Below, piece after piece: positions 33,015-41,797 of a DNA stretch of 64,000 nucleotides (within the stretch, counting starts at the first letter, position 1; each line of letters opens with the position of its first letter). A program made the position numbers and the translations under genes. Below the pieces are notes generated by a model. It did no database searches and had not been told where the DNA came from. It saw only the letters and a program-made list of their open reading frames with translations. Where the stretch lies: the NCBI RefSeq assembly GCF_028368995.1, contig NZ_JAQNDL010000001.1, forward strand, positions 3,872,001 through 3,936,000. Reading direction: 5' to 3'. This DNA is from Nannocystis bainbridge (lineage in GTDB: Bacteria > Myxococcota_A > Polyangia > Nannocystales > Nannocystaceae).

Positions 33015-35967
33015 GCCTCCCGCGGGCCGCCTCGTGCACCGCGTCGCGGGCCGCCGCGCGCAGCAGGCGGGCCGTGCGTTCCGGGCCGAGGTCGAGGCGG
33101 TCGAGCAGATAGTCGAGCGCCGCGAACACGGCCGCCGCCGGGCGACTCGCCAGCGCCCCCGCGGCGTCCTGCAGCCACGGGTTGTGCGCCCCGACCACCA
33201 CCACCCGGCGCCCGCGCAGCGGTGATTTGCGCAAGCGCAGCGGCGCCAGGTCGAGGCTTCGCAGCTCCTCGCTGCCGAGCGAAGGGCTGGCCAGCGCCTG
33301 CCACGGCTCGCCGGCCGCGGTCAGGCGCGCGCTCACGGCCCTGAGCAATTCGGTCTCCTGCGCGCTCGCCAGCAGCGCGTCCCACAGATCGAGGTCGGTC
33401 GCGCCGAGCGCATCGGCGACCGCGCGGGCCTCGGCGCGCTCCTCGTCGAGCACCGCCGCGTCGCCGGCCAGCGCGTCGACGGCCAGCGGCGTGCGCCGGC
33501 GCGTGCGGTACAGCCGGCCGCGGGCCGCCAGCCGCTTGGCCTGCGCCAGCGACAGCGCCCCGCCGGCGGCCGTCGGCACCAGCGGCCGCTCGAACACCGC
33601 CGGCACCGCCTGGAACACCTCCGGCTGCTGCAGCGCCCCCTGCAGCAGCCGCGACAGATCGCCCGTCGCGTCGAGCGCCACCCGCCGGCGCGTCCGCTCG
33701 CGCAGCAGCCCCAGCAGCGCCACCGCGAACAGCGCCGCCGCCCCGATCGCCAGCCCCCACGGCGCCAGCGCGCGCGGCGGTGACATGACCCTTTCGACAT
33801 GTTCTGAAGAACCTGCCCCGACGGCCATCTCCGCCGGCCCGTCGCTCGCCGCGCCCGCCGGTTCGCCGGCAGTCTCGTCCGTCGCCCCGACCGTCTCCCA
33901 CGCCGCGTCGATCTCCCCCGGCTCGACCGGCCCCGCCGGCGTCCCGAGAGCGATCCCCGTGCTCGCGTCGGCCACCGCCCACTCGCCGTCCTGCCCGCGG
34001 TACTCCGCCCACGCGTGCAGCCACGGGTTGACCCGCCCGTTTTGGCCCACGAACCCGATCGCCAGCCGCGACTCGACCCCCGCCTCCTGCAGCAGCGCCG
34101 TCAGCAGCCCGTTCTGCACGTCGCAGTCGCCTTGCCCGATCTCGAGCGCGCGGGTGATGAAGTGCTCGCCAGCCAGCGCCCGGTGCTGCGCCGCCACCTC
34201 GGGCGCCGTGCTGTACGCCACCAGCTCGCGGGTCAGCCGCGTCAGCGCCGACACCCGCGCGGCGATCGCTCGTCCGCGCAGCGCTCGCGCCTCGCGGCGC
34301 ACGTCGGCTGGCAGCAGCCCCGACGACACCGGCCGGATCGGCCTGCCCGCCGGCGCCGGCGCGGTGCGGTAGCGCAGCGTCCCGTCCGACGGCGCCGCCA
34401 GCATCAGCAGCGCGTCGTCGTCGGCCCCGCGCTGCAGCACCACCGGCGCGCCCTCGGGGTGGTCGGCGTCGCTCAGCGCCGCGCTGCCGTCGACCACCCG
34501 GTGGCCGGTCGGCACCGGCAGCCGCATCGGCCCGGCCGGCGCGCCGAGCCGCAGCTCGACCTCCGGGCACACCTGTCCTTCGAGACATGTCGTGAAGACA
34601 TAATCACCGCCCGGCGCCGGCGCCCGCGCCTCGGCCGCGTCGCCCAGGCGGGTGAACAGCAGCGCCGCGAAGTGCAGGCGCAGGTCGGCCGGGCGGAACG
34701 TCAGCGGCGGCTCGCGGGCCCCGGCCCCGGTCAGCACGTCGACCTGCGGCCCGCGGTAGCGCGCCGCCAGGTCGGAGTAACGGGCCGGCAGGTTGGCGCT
34801 GGCCGTTTCGCCATGTTCGATGGGACCTGTCCCGTAGGACATCCCGGGCGCCGGCCGGAAGCGGGCCCACACGCGGTCGCCCCACAGCGCCCACGCCGCC
34901 CCGCCGGCCAGCGCCGCCCCCAGCAGCGCCGCCAGGAACATGCGCACCGCCAGCGAGCGGCGGACCAGCCCGCGCAGCGCCGCCCACGGCCGCTGCCACA
35001 GCGGCAGCGGCCGGATCGCGTCGAGCTGGCGGGCGATCAGCCCCTCGAGCTCCCGCTGGGCCAGGTCGACCAGCCGGCGCAGCGCCTTGTTGTCGCGCGC
35101 GTCGGAGCGCGACAGCATCAGCTCGAGCGCGTCGCTCTCGAGCAGCGCCTGCGGGGCCAGCCGCCCCGGCAGCTCGGTGAACTGGACCCGGCTGTTGTCG
35201 GTGCTGCGGCCGCCGGCCACCACGAAATCGGAGAGCGAAGCCGCCGAGCGGACCCGGAGCCCGCGCGAGAACAGCTCGACCCGCGCCGCCTCGCCGAGCC
35301 CCACCACCCCGCGCACCCGCCCGCGGCGGAAGCTCGCGCTCGGGGCCGGCAGCGCGAACGGCTTGTTGACCTTGCGGCCGTTGACCGTCACCGTCAGCGG
35401 CCGCTCCGGATCGTCGCGCGTCGCCAGGAACCGCGCGTTCTGCAGCGCCGCGTCGAACACCCGCCGCTCGAGCGCCTCGTCGACTGCCGCCCGCTCGAGC
35501 TCGATCTCCGTGCCCGGCAGGCTCGGCGGCGTCGTCTTGCGCGCCGTCGAAAGATCGCCGTCGAGCTCGAGCGCCCACGCCCCCGACCTGTCCTCCGGGT
35601 CAGGTGAGTTCGGGTCCGGGCGCCGCGCCCGCGAGCGGATCGCTATCCGCTCCGGCTCGAAGCGCAGCACCGACCAGAAGCCGACCCCGAAGCGCCCGAC
35701 CTGGTCGCGGCGCGACTCCTTGCTCGACGCGTACAGCGCGAACAAATAGCGGCGCGCGTGGGCGAAGGTCATGCCCTCGCCGTCGTCGCGGCAGCGCAGC
35801 ACCCACCGACCGCCGCGCGCCTCGGCCGTGAACTCGACCTTCGTCGCCCCGGCGTCGCGGGCGTTCTGCAGCAGCTCGCGCACGAACACCCACGGGTCGG
35901 GCCCGTAGCGGTCGGCCTCGGCGCGGGCGCGGGCCCGGAACTCGGAGCCAGGCGGCGCGCCTGTCAT
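33007..35967 (-). CDS. GHKL (HATPase_c) ATPase fused to a transglutaminase-like domain, 2 TM
   Basis: VRELLQNARDA, DDGEGM, GRFGVGF, PGTEI; GDCDV..LHAWAE..VADA Cys-His-Asp triad. Confidence 0.85.
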   Translation of the reverse strand: MTGAPPGSEFRARARAEADRYGPDPWVFVRELLQNARDAGATKVEFTAEARGGRWVLRCRDDGEGMTFAHARRYLFALYASSKESRRDQVGRFGVGFWSVLRFEPERIAIRSRARRPDPNSPDPEDRSGAWALELDGDLSTARKTTPPSLPGTEIELERAAVDEALERRVFDAALQNARFLATRDDPERPLTVTVNGRKVNKPFALPAPSASFRRGRVRGVVGLGEAARVELFSRGLRVRSAASLSDFVVAGGRSTDNSRVQFTELPGRLAPQALLESDALELMLSRSDARDNKALRRLVDLAQRELEGLIARQLDAIRPLPLWQRPWAALRGLVRRSLAVRMFLAALLGAALAGGAAWALWGDRVWARFRPAPGMSYGTGPIEHGETASANLPARYSDLAARYRGPQVDVLTGAGAREPPLTFRPADLRLHFAALLFTRLGDAAEARAPAPGGDYVFTTCLEGQVCPEVELRLGAPAGPMRLPVPTGHRVVDGSAALSDADHPEGAPVVLQRGADDDALLMLAAPSDGTLRYRTAPAPAGRPIRPVSSGLLPADVRREARALRGRAIAARVSALTRLTRELVAYSTAPEVAAQHRALAGEHFITRALEIGQGDCDVQNGLLTALLQEAGVESRLAIGFVGQNGRVNPWLHAWAEYRGQDGEWAVADASTGIALGTPAGPVEPGEIDAAWETVGATDETAGEPAGAASDGPAEMAVGAGSSEHVERVMSPPRALAPWGLAIGAAALFAVALLGLLRERTRRRVALDATGDLSRLLQGALQQPEVFQAVPAVFERPLVPTAAGGALSLAQAKRLAARGRLYRTRRRTPLAVDALAGDAAVLDEERAEARAVADALGATDLDLWDALLASAQETELLRAVSARLTAAGEPWQALASPSLGSEELRSLDLAPLRLRKSPLRGRRVVVVGAHNPWLQDAAGALASRPAAAVFAALDYLLDRLDLGPERTARLLRAAARDAVHEAARGRPA

Positions 35968-36230
35968 CCTGCGGCCTCGAGCCGGCCGTGGTGCGGCGGG
36001 GACACGCGAGCAGTGTACCGGCTCGCGCGGCCGGGACGAGCGCGCTCGGCTTCAGGCCGGCGTTCGCGCCCGCGGCGAGCTTTCTGCCCGTCCTCGCGGC
36101 GGACCCGGGCGCCTCCCCGGCGCTCCGCGGGGCCGCGCTGCTCGCTCGGCGGCCCACCGGGCACGACTTCGCTCCGCCCCGTGTCGTCCTCGACCTTACC
36201 CGCCCGCCGCCACGCCGCCGGCCGGAGGCG

Positions 36231-36722
36231 TCAGAGCTCGAACTTCACCGGTCCCTCGTCGCTGTGCACCAACAGGTGCGCGCTGGCCACCGCGATCGGC
36301 CGCGCGCGGTCGTCCTGCCACGCCTCCACGCGGACATTGGTGACGCGGCGGCCCTGGCGGGTCGGCACCCCGCGGGCGAACGTATCGACGGGCCGACCGG
36401 AGCGCAGGTACTCCACGGTGAGACTGATCGTGCGCGGCGTCGCTGGAGGCGCGCTCTCCCACAGCAGCTGGAAGATCGCCGTCGACTCGAGCAGCGCGCA
36501 CAGGGCTCCCCCGTGCAGCGCCGGCAGCATCGGATTGCCGATCAGCTGCTCGCCGAACCGCATCACCCCCTGCAGCTCCCCCGCGTGCGGCCCATCCGGC
36601 GCCAGCCGCAGCGAGATCCCCATCGTCTGCGCGTATGGGATCACCGCGGCCAGGCGGCCCGGATCGCCGGCCGCGCGGGCCTCGGCCACCACCTGCTGCA
36701 ACCACGCGTCGGTCGGGCTCAC
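36231..36722 (-). CDS. PaaI family thioesterase
   Basis: IGNP..ALHGGAL..LE, TISLTVEYLR, GRRVTNV; GTGA overlap with upstream gene. Confidence 0.88.
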   Translation of the reverse strand: MSPTDAWLQQVVAEARAAGDPGRLAAVIPYAQTMGISLRLAPDGPHAGELQGVMRFGEQLIGNPMLPALHGGALCALLESTAIFQLLWESAPPATPRTISLTVEYLRSGRPVDTFARGVPTRQGRRVTNVRVEAWQDDRARPIAVASAHLLVHSDEGPVKFEL

Positions 36723-37195
36723 GCGGCCCCCTCGGTGCGGCTGGTGGTGCGCGTGCCGAGCATGAAGGTCCCGGCGCTGGTGGCGATCGGGTCGTCCTCG
36801 CTGTCGAGGAACGCCACCCCGCGGACGAACGCCACGTGGCGCGTCACCTTGTAGCAGTGCGCGCGGGCGATCACCGCGCGGCCTGGCGCGGCCGGCTTGA
36901 GGTAATCGATGCGGAGGTCGAGCGTGGCGATCGCCATCGGCTTCTGCAGCGCCTGGAACACCGCCGCCCCGCAGCAGGCGTCGATCAGCGCCGAGATCGC
37001 CCCGCCGTGCAGCACCCCGGTCTCGGGGTTGCCGACCAGGCGGGGGTCGTACGGCAGCAACAGCTCGGCTCGCGCGTCGCTCATCGCCCGCAGCTCGAGG
37101 CCGAGCGCCTTGTTGTGCGGCACCCCCCGCATGAACCGCTGGCCCAGCTCGCGCAGGCGCGCGAGCTCTTCCGCGTCGAGTCGCTCGTCGGGCAT
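36719..37195 (-). CDS. PaaI family thioesterase
   Basis: VGNPETGVLHGGAI..LID, ATLDLRIDYLKP. Confidence 0.92.
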   Translation of the reverse strand: MPDERLDAEELARLRELGQRFMRGVPHNKALGLELRAMSDARAELLLPYDPRLVGNPETGVLHGGAISALIDACCGAAVFQALQKPMAIATLDLRIDYLKPAAPGRAVIARAHCYKVTRHVAFVRGVAFLDSEDDPIATSAGTFMLGTRTTSRTEGAA

Positions 37196-37204
37196 CGATC
37201 GTGG

Positions 37205-37621
37205 TTATGCCACGACCTCGACCGGCACGGCGTGCTTGGGATTGAGCCCGGGGATCTCGGTCTCGGCGATGACCACGTAGCGCAGGTTCTCCGCGTTCGG
37301 CGCCAGATCGGCCGGCAGCGTGAGGACCACCGGCATCTCCAGCTGCTCGTCCTTGCCGAGCGTGCGGCCGCCCAGCGGGATCGTCACGTTGGCGTGTTGC
37401 TGCCAGAACGCGAAGTCGCCGCGGCCCTGCGCAGTGTACACCATGCGCTCCTCGTCGAAGTGCAGGCGCACGTCCTGGACCGCCACGTCGTAGTCTCCGC
37501 CGCGCAAGGTCACGGTGGCGTGCAGCTCGGCCCCCGCGCGCACCGGCGTGTCGACCCGCGACAGCTCGATCGTCGCCTTGCCGATCCCCACGATGCTCTT
37601 GAGTCGGTCCAGGATCTCCAT
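37205..37621 (-). CDS. Spo0M-like (arrestin-N fold) protein
   Basis: LKSIVGIGKATIEL, L.GG..D, F..LP.D, EIPGLNP pattern. Confidence 0.55.
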   Translation of the reverse strand: MEILDRLKSIVGIGKATIELSRVDTPVRAGAELHATVTLRGGDYDVAVQDVRLHFDEERMVYTAQGRGDFAFWQQHANVTIPLGGRTLGKDEQLEMPVVLTLPADLAPNAENLRYVVIAETEIPGLNPKHAVPVEVVA

Positions 37622-37790
37622 GCTTCGCACTTAGCCGAACCCGGCCCGCGCGGCACGTGAATCTCGGTTCATACGCTGCGCCGCGCTCGCGGGGTGGCCG
37701 GGTGTGCGACCCGGCCCGCTCGCTCGCCCGCGATCGCGGCACGGCCCGCTCGCCCGTGATCGCAGGACGGCCCGCTCGCCGGCGGTCGCG

Positions 37791-37922
37791 GGTCTTGTTC
37801 GTGCTGCCGCTCGCGCGGTCGCTCGCCGCGTGCGACCTGGCGCGCTCGCTCGGCCCGCTCGCTCGGCTTGCCGGGGATCGCAGGTCTTGTTCGTGCTGCC
37901 GCTCGCGGGGTCGCTCGCCGCG
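37791..37922. repeat. About 40-bp direct repeat x2 (period 92) in intergenic region
   Basis: GGTCTTGTTCGTGCTGCCGCTCGCG(C/G)GGTCGCTCGCCGCG at 37791 and 37883. Confidence 0.8.
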
Positions 37923-38149
37923 CGCGACCCGGCCGCGCTCGGCCGCCAGTAACCGCCGCGCGTCGGCCTCGCCTTCGCTTCGCGCTCGCGTGCACATCCG
38001 GCGCGACGTCGCGGCGGCCGGCGCTCGCCGGGCCCCCTCGTTCCGCGCCCGCTTGCCGATCGCGGCGGCCGAGCTCGGTGGACCGCCTCCCTCCGCCCGG
38101 TCCGTTTCTTGAGCGAGCGGCCGGCCCGCGCTAAAAGCTGAGCTGCGCC

Positions 38150-38944
38150 ATGCGTGCAATCACTCCTGCCCTGCTCGGTCTGTGCGTCCTCGGCCTCGCC
38201 TGCGCCCGGTCCCGGCCGGACGCGACTGCCTCTGCGGCCCCTGCCGCTCCCACCGTCGCCAGCGGCCCCGGGAGCGACCCGTGCGCCGTCTACATCGAGC
38301 GCGTCGCCCCGGGCGTGCGCTGCGCCGCCGTCGACGACGCCCACTGCACCTGCGAGCTCGTCGCTGCTGCGAGCGCGTCAGCGCCGGACGTCGCCGCGAA
38401 TTCGAGCAGCGCTTCCGGCGCACCCACCGCTCCGACCGGCGACGCTGCCGTCGCCAACCTCGAATTTGCGAGGGGCCCGCAGAACACGATCGTGCAGTGC
38501 GTGAGCGGCCCGTGTCCGACGCGCTCGGCCGACTTCATCACCGGCGTCTATCCGCCGATCGCCATCCCGGCCGCCGGCGCGACCGTGCAGCTCGAGTTCC
38601 GGGCGATGCACTACAAGCCCTACGTCGGCAGCTACAACCTCGTGCCCGGCCGCAACTTCATTCAGTTCGCGCTCGAGCGGGAGTTCGGCGCCCCCGAGAG
38701 CGCCGTGTTCCAGTTCGAGGGCGCCCCCGCCGGCACCACCGTCGAGTGCGTCAGCGGGCCGTGCGTCAACAACAAGCCTTACACGGTCGACAAGTTCCCC
38801 GAGCTCCCGCTCAAGGACGACGGCGCGACCTTGCTGCTCCGCTTCAACGCCCCCGGCTACCGCACCGCCATGACCTCGTTCCAGGTCCGCCGCGGCCCCA
38901 ACGCCGTGCCGGTGCTGATGGAGAAGGCCCCTCTCGGCAGGTGA
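38150..38944 (+). CDS. Hypothetical lipoprotein with internal duplication
   Basis: GLAC lipobox; repeated T.V.CVSGPC..L.F.A..Y units. Confidence 0.75.
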   Translation: MRAITPALLGLCVLGLACARSRPDATASAAPAAPTVASGPGSDPCAVYIERVAPGVRCAAVDDAHCTCELVAAASASAPDVAANSSSASGAPTAPTGDAAVANLEFARGPQNTIVQCVSGPCPTRSADFITGVYPPIAIPAAGATVQLEFRAMHYKPYVGSYNLVPGRNFIQFALEREFGAPESAVFQFEGAPAGTTVECVSGPCVNNKPYTVDKFPELPLKDDGATLLLRFNAPGYRTAMTSFQVRRGPNAVPVLMEKAPLGR

Positions 38945-39272
38945 CGACCGGGCTCGGCGAACGCTGCGAGTGATTCGCCTCGCCATCACTGCGGGGCGCA
39001 CGGCGAGCCGCCCCGCCGGCATGTCGACCGCGAGATCACGGCCCGCCGCTGCGCGACGAATGATCCGCCGCGGCGCGAGCGATCGCTTCGACACCCGCCC
39101 TGTGAGCCGTCCCCGCGACCGCGCCCCGTCGACGCGGACCTGCGAGGTCACGTCTGCGCCGCGCCGCGCCACGCGTGATGCGATGGAGCCTCCGCACGAG
39201 TGAGCTCCGCTGCGCTGCCGTCGACCGGCATGCCAGCCCTTCGCCGCGGTCATCGCTTATGCTTCGCCGCTC

Positions 39273-41099
39273 ATGGCGACCCGACCCACCGCTCCGGACC
39301 AGGCAGCGAACACGCGGCGTGAACCCGTTCCGGGCGAGACGACGACCGCCCCGCATGAGCCATCCGGGCTCGCTCCGAGCAGCGCAGCGACCGCCCAGCG
39401 CCACGAGCCCGCCCCGCTCCTGCCCCAGCGCCGCGAGAGCCTCGCGCGCGCCGTCGTCGACCTCGGCTACACGCCGGGCCGCGCCGACATGCGCGACGTC
39501 GTCGAGCTGCTCGGCGACGACGAGGACCTCGCCGTCCACGTCGAGCGCGCCCTCCTGCGGGCCGGCGCCGCCGCGGCTCCGGCCCTCCTGCGCCGCCTGC
39601 CCGGGGCAGAGCCGCCGCTGCGCCCGCGCCTCGTCCGCGTGCTCGGCCGCCTGCCTGCCGACCCCGCCATTGACATGTCCTTAAAAACATGTCTCGAAGA
39701 CCATGACCCGAAGACCAGGCGCAACGCCATCGGCGCGCTCGGCAAGCGCGGCGGCGAGGGCGTCGCCACCGCCCTGCTGACTTGCGCCCGCGCCGAGACC
39801 TCGCTGCCGCACCTGCGCAGCCTGGTCGAGGCGCTCGGCAAGGTCGGCGACGCCGACGCCCTCGCCTGGCTCGACCGCCTCGAGGCCGACGACCCCGAGC
39901 TGCAGCGCCTGACCGCGCGCGCCCGCCTGATGCTCGGCCGCAGCCTCGGCCGCGGCGAGGTCGACTCCGCGATCGACCTCGAAGCCGTCGCCCCGGCCCC
40001 GCGCCCGCTGGTGCTCGGCTGCCGCCCCGGCCTCGAGACGCTGCTCGCCGAGGCCCTCGGCGCCGCCTTCGCCCCCCGCGTCGTCGCCCCCGGCCGCGTC
40101 ACCGCGACCCTGCGCGGCCCGCTGCGCGAGCTGCTCGCCGTGCGCCTGTGGACCGAGGTCGGCCTGCCGCTGCCGCCCCTGTCCGCCGGGACAGATCTGT
40201 CCGCGGCCGTGGCGGCGCTGCTGACCGGCCCCGAGGCGCGCCTGGTCTTTGGGACATATACCAAGGGACAGGTCCGCTATCGGCTCGCCTGGGCCCGCGG
40301 CGGCCACCGCCGCGCCCTCGTGTGGCAGGTCGCCGCCGCCGCCGCCGCGCTGTGGCCGGAGCTGGTCAACGACCCACGCGAGACGACCTGGGAGGTCGTG
40401 GTCGACGACGCCGGTCTGCTCGTCCGCGCCGAGCTGCGCCCGCGCCGGTGGAGCGCCGAACGCCCGCCCGCCGACCTCACCAGCGCCAGCGCCGACGACC
40501 TCGCCAGCGACGACAAGCCCGCGCTCGAGACCACCGACCCGCGGTTCGCCTACCGCAGCGGCGACGTCCCCGCCGCCTCGCACCCGACGATCGCCGCCGC
40601 CCTCGCGCAGCTCGCCGAGGTCCGCCCCGACGACGTCGTCTGGGACCCGTTCGTCGGCTCCGGCCTCGAGCTGTGCGAGCGCGGCCTGCTCGGCCCCGCC
40701 ACGACCCTGCTCGGCACCGACCTCGACCCACGCGCCCTCGCCGTCGCCGCCACCAACCTGCGCAACGCCGGCCTGCGCGCCGACCTCCGCCAGGCCGACG
40801 CGACCACCCACCGACCGCCGGGCGTCACCCTCGTCATCACCAACCCGCCGATGGGCCGCCGCGTCCATCGCGGCGACGTCGGCCCGCTGCTGACGGCCTT
40901 CATCGCCAACGCGGCCGCGACCCTGGCCCCCGGCGGCCGCCTGGCGTGGATCTCGCCGATCCCCCGGACCACCGACCCGGCAGCCGAGGCGGCCGGCCTG
41001 GTCCTGCGCCGCTCGCTGAACCTCGACATGGGCGGCTTCACGGCCCAGCTCCAGCTGTGGGACAAGCCGTCGCGCCTGGGCCGCCGCGCCCGCGCGTGA
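39273..41099 (+). CDS. HEAT-repeat + class I SAM methyltransferase (RlmL/Trm11-like, UPF0020); start uncertain
   Basis: HEAT-like RRNAIGALGK, VEALGKVGD; ASHPTIAAALA, WDPFVGSG, GTDLD, ITNPPMG. Confidence 0.82.
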   Translation: MATRPTAPDQAANTRREPVPGETTTAPHEPSGLAPSSAATAQRHEPAPLLPQRRESLARAVVDLGYTPGRADMRDVVELLGDDEDLAVHVERALLRAGAAAAPALLRRLPGAEPPLRPRLVRVLGRLPADPAIDMSLKTCLEDHDPKTRRNAIGALGKRGGEGVATALLTCARAETSLPHLRSLVEALGKVGDADALAWLDRLEADDPELQRLTARARLMLGRSLGRGEVDSAIDLEAVAPAPRPLVLGCRPGLETLLAEALGAAFAPRVVAPGRVTATLRGPLRELLAVRLWTEVGLPLPPLSAGTDLSAAVAALLTGPEARLVFGTYTKGQVRYRLAWARGGHRRALVWQVAAAAAALWPELVNDPRETTWEVVVDDAGLLVRAELRPRRWSAERPPADLTSASADDLASDDKPALETTDPRFAYRSGDVPAASHPTIAAALAQLAEVRPDDVVWDPFVGSGLELCERGLLGPATTLLGTDLDPRALAVAATNLRNAGLRADLRQADATTHRPPGVTLVITNPPMGRRVHRGDVGPLLTAFIANAAATLAPGGRLAWISPIPRTTDPAAEAAGLVLRRSLNLDMGGFTAQLQLWDKPSRLGRRARA

Positions 41100-41110
41100 G
41101 ACCCAAAAGC

Positions 41111-41143
41111 GAAGAGGCGGGGCGCCAGGCGCTCCGCCTCTTC
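41111..41143. terminator. Stem-loop terminator between convergent methyltransferase gene and tRNA
   Basis: GAAGAGGCGGGGCGC-CAG-GCGCTCCGCCTCTTC 15-bp stem with T-rich flanks. Confidence 0.75.
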
Positions 41144-41162
41144 TGCTGTCTGTTTTTGAGAG

Positions 41163-41235
41163 TGCCCAGGGACGGAATCGAACCGCCGACACGGGGATTT
41201 TCAGTCCCCTGCTCTACCGACTGAGCTACCTGGGC
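41163..41235 (-). tRNA. tRNA-Phe (GAA), CCA not encoded
   Basis: GCCCAGGTAGCTCAGTCGGTAGAGCAGGGGACTGAAAATCCCCGTGTCGGCGGTTCGATTCCGTCCCTGGGCA cloverleaf. Confidence 0.97.
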
Positions 41236-41797
41236 GCGGGGGCGCAGTGGTACGAGATCCGGGGCCGGCCGTCAAGCTCCCGGCGAGCCTCCGGCGGGCG
41301 GGCCGCCACGAGACCGGAGACATTTCTCACCACCTTCGCGGACTCGTGCACCGCGCGCCCCGGCGAGGTCCCAGTCTTCACGGGGTTCGGGGCTGCGTCC
41401 GAGCGACTCATGGCCTCGTCGGTGAACCAGTTTCTCGTGCATGCAATGGTGATACGCGAGTCCAGGTCCGGCTCGCAGAAAGCATGGTTCGGCTCAGCCG
41501 GGCCTCATCGCCGATCTCCACCGGGTGTGAGCACCTCAAAACGTATATGAAGAGGCGAGCTCGACTCACTGGCAACTATTCGCAAAATTCCGAATAGTTC
41601 GTACCGACGATCACCAATGTGTGGTCCCTCGAGGGTTTTGCGAGCGACGCTTCCGCCCGAAGATCCATGATAGCGACGCCGAGCGCAGCATCGACGACGA
41701 GCTCAATGCAGGCGAGCGTACCCGTCGACGGACGAGCGCACGACCCCCGGCGAAGAGGGCCGCGAGCAAGAAGCGCTGAGTCGCCGGGCGAGCGGCC

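Noticed and set aside
41163-41235. tRNA-Phe as integration site of an island or prophage
   Set aside because: No integrase and no duplicated tRNA 3' end seen in the window
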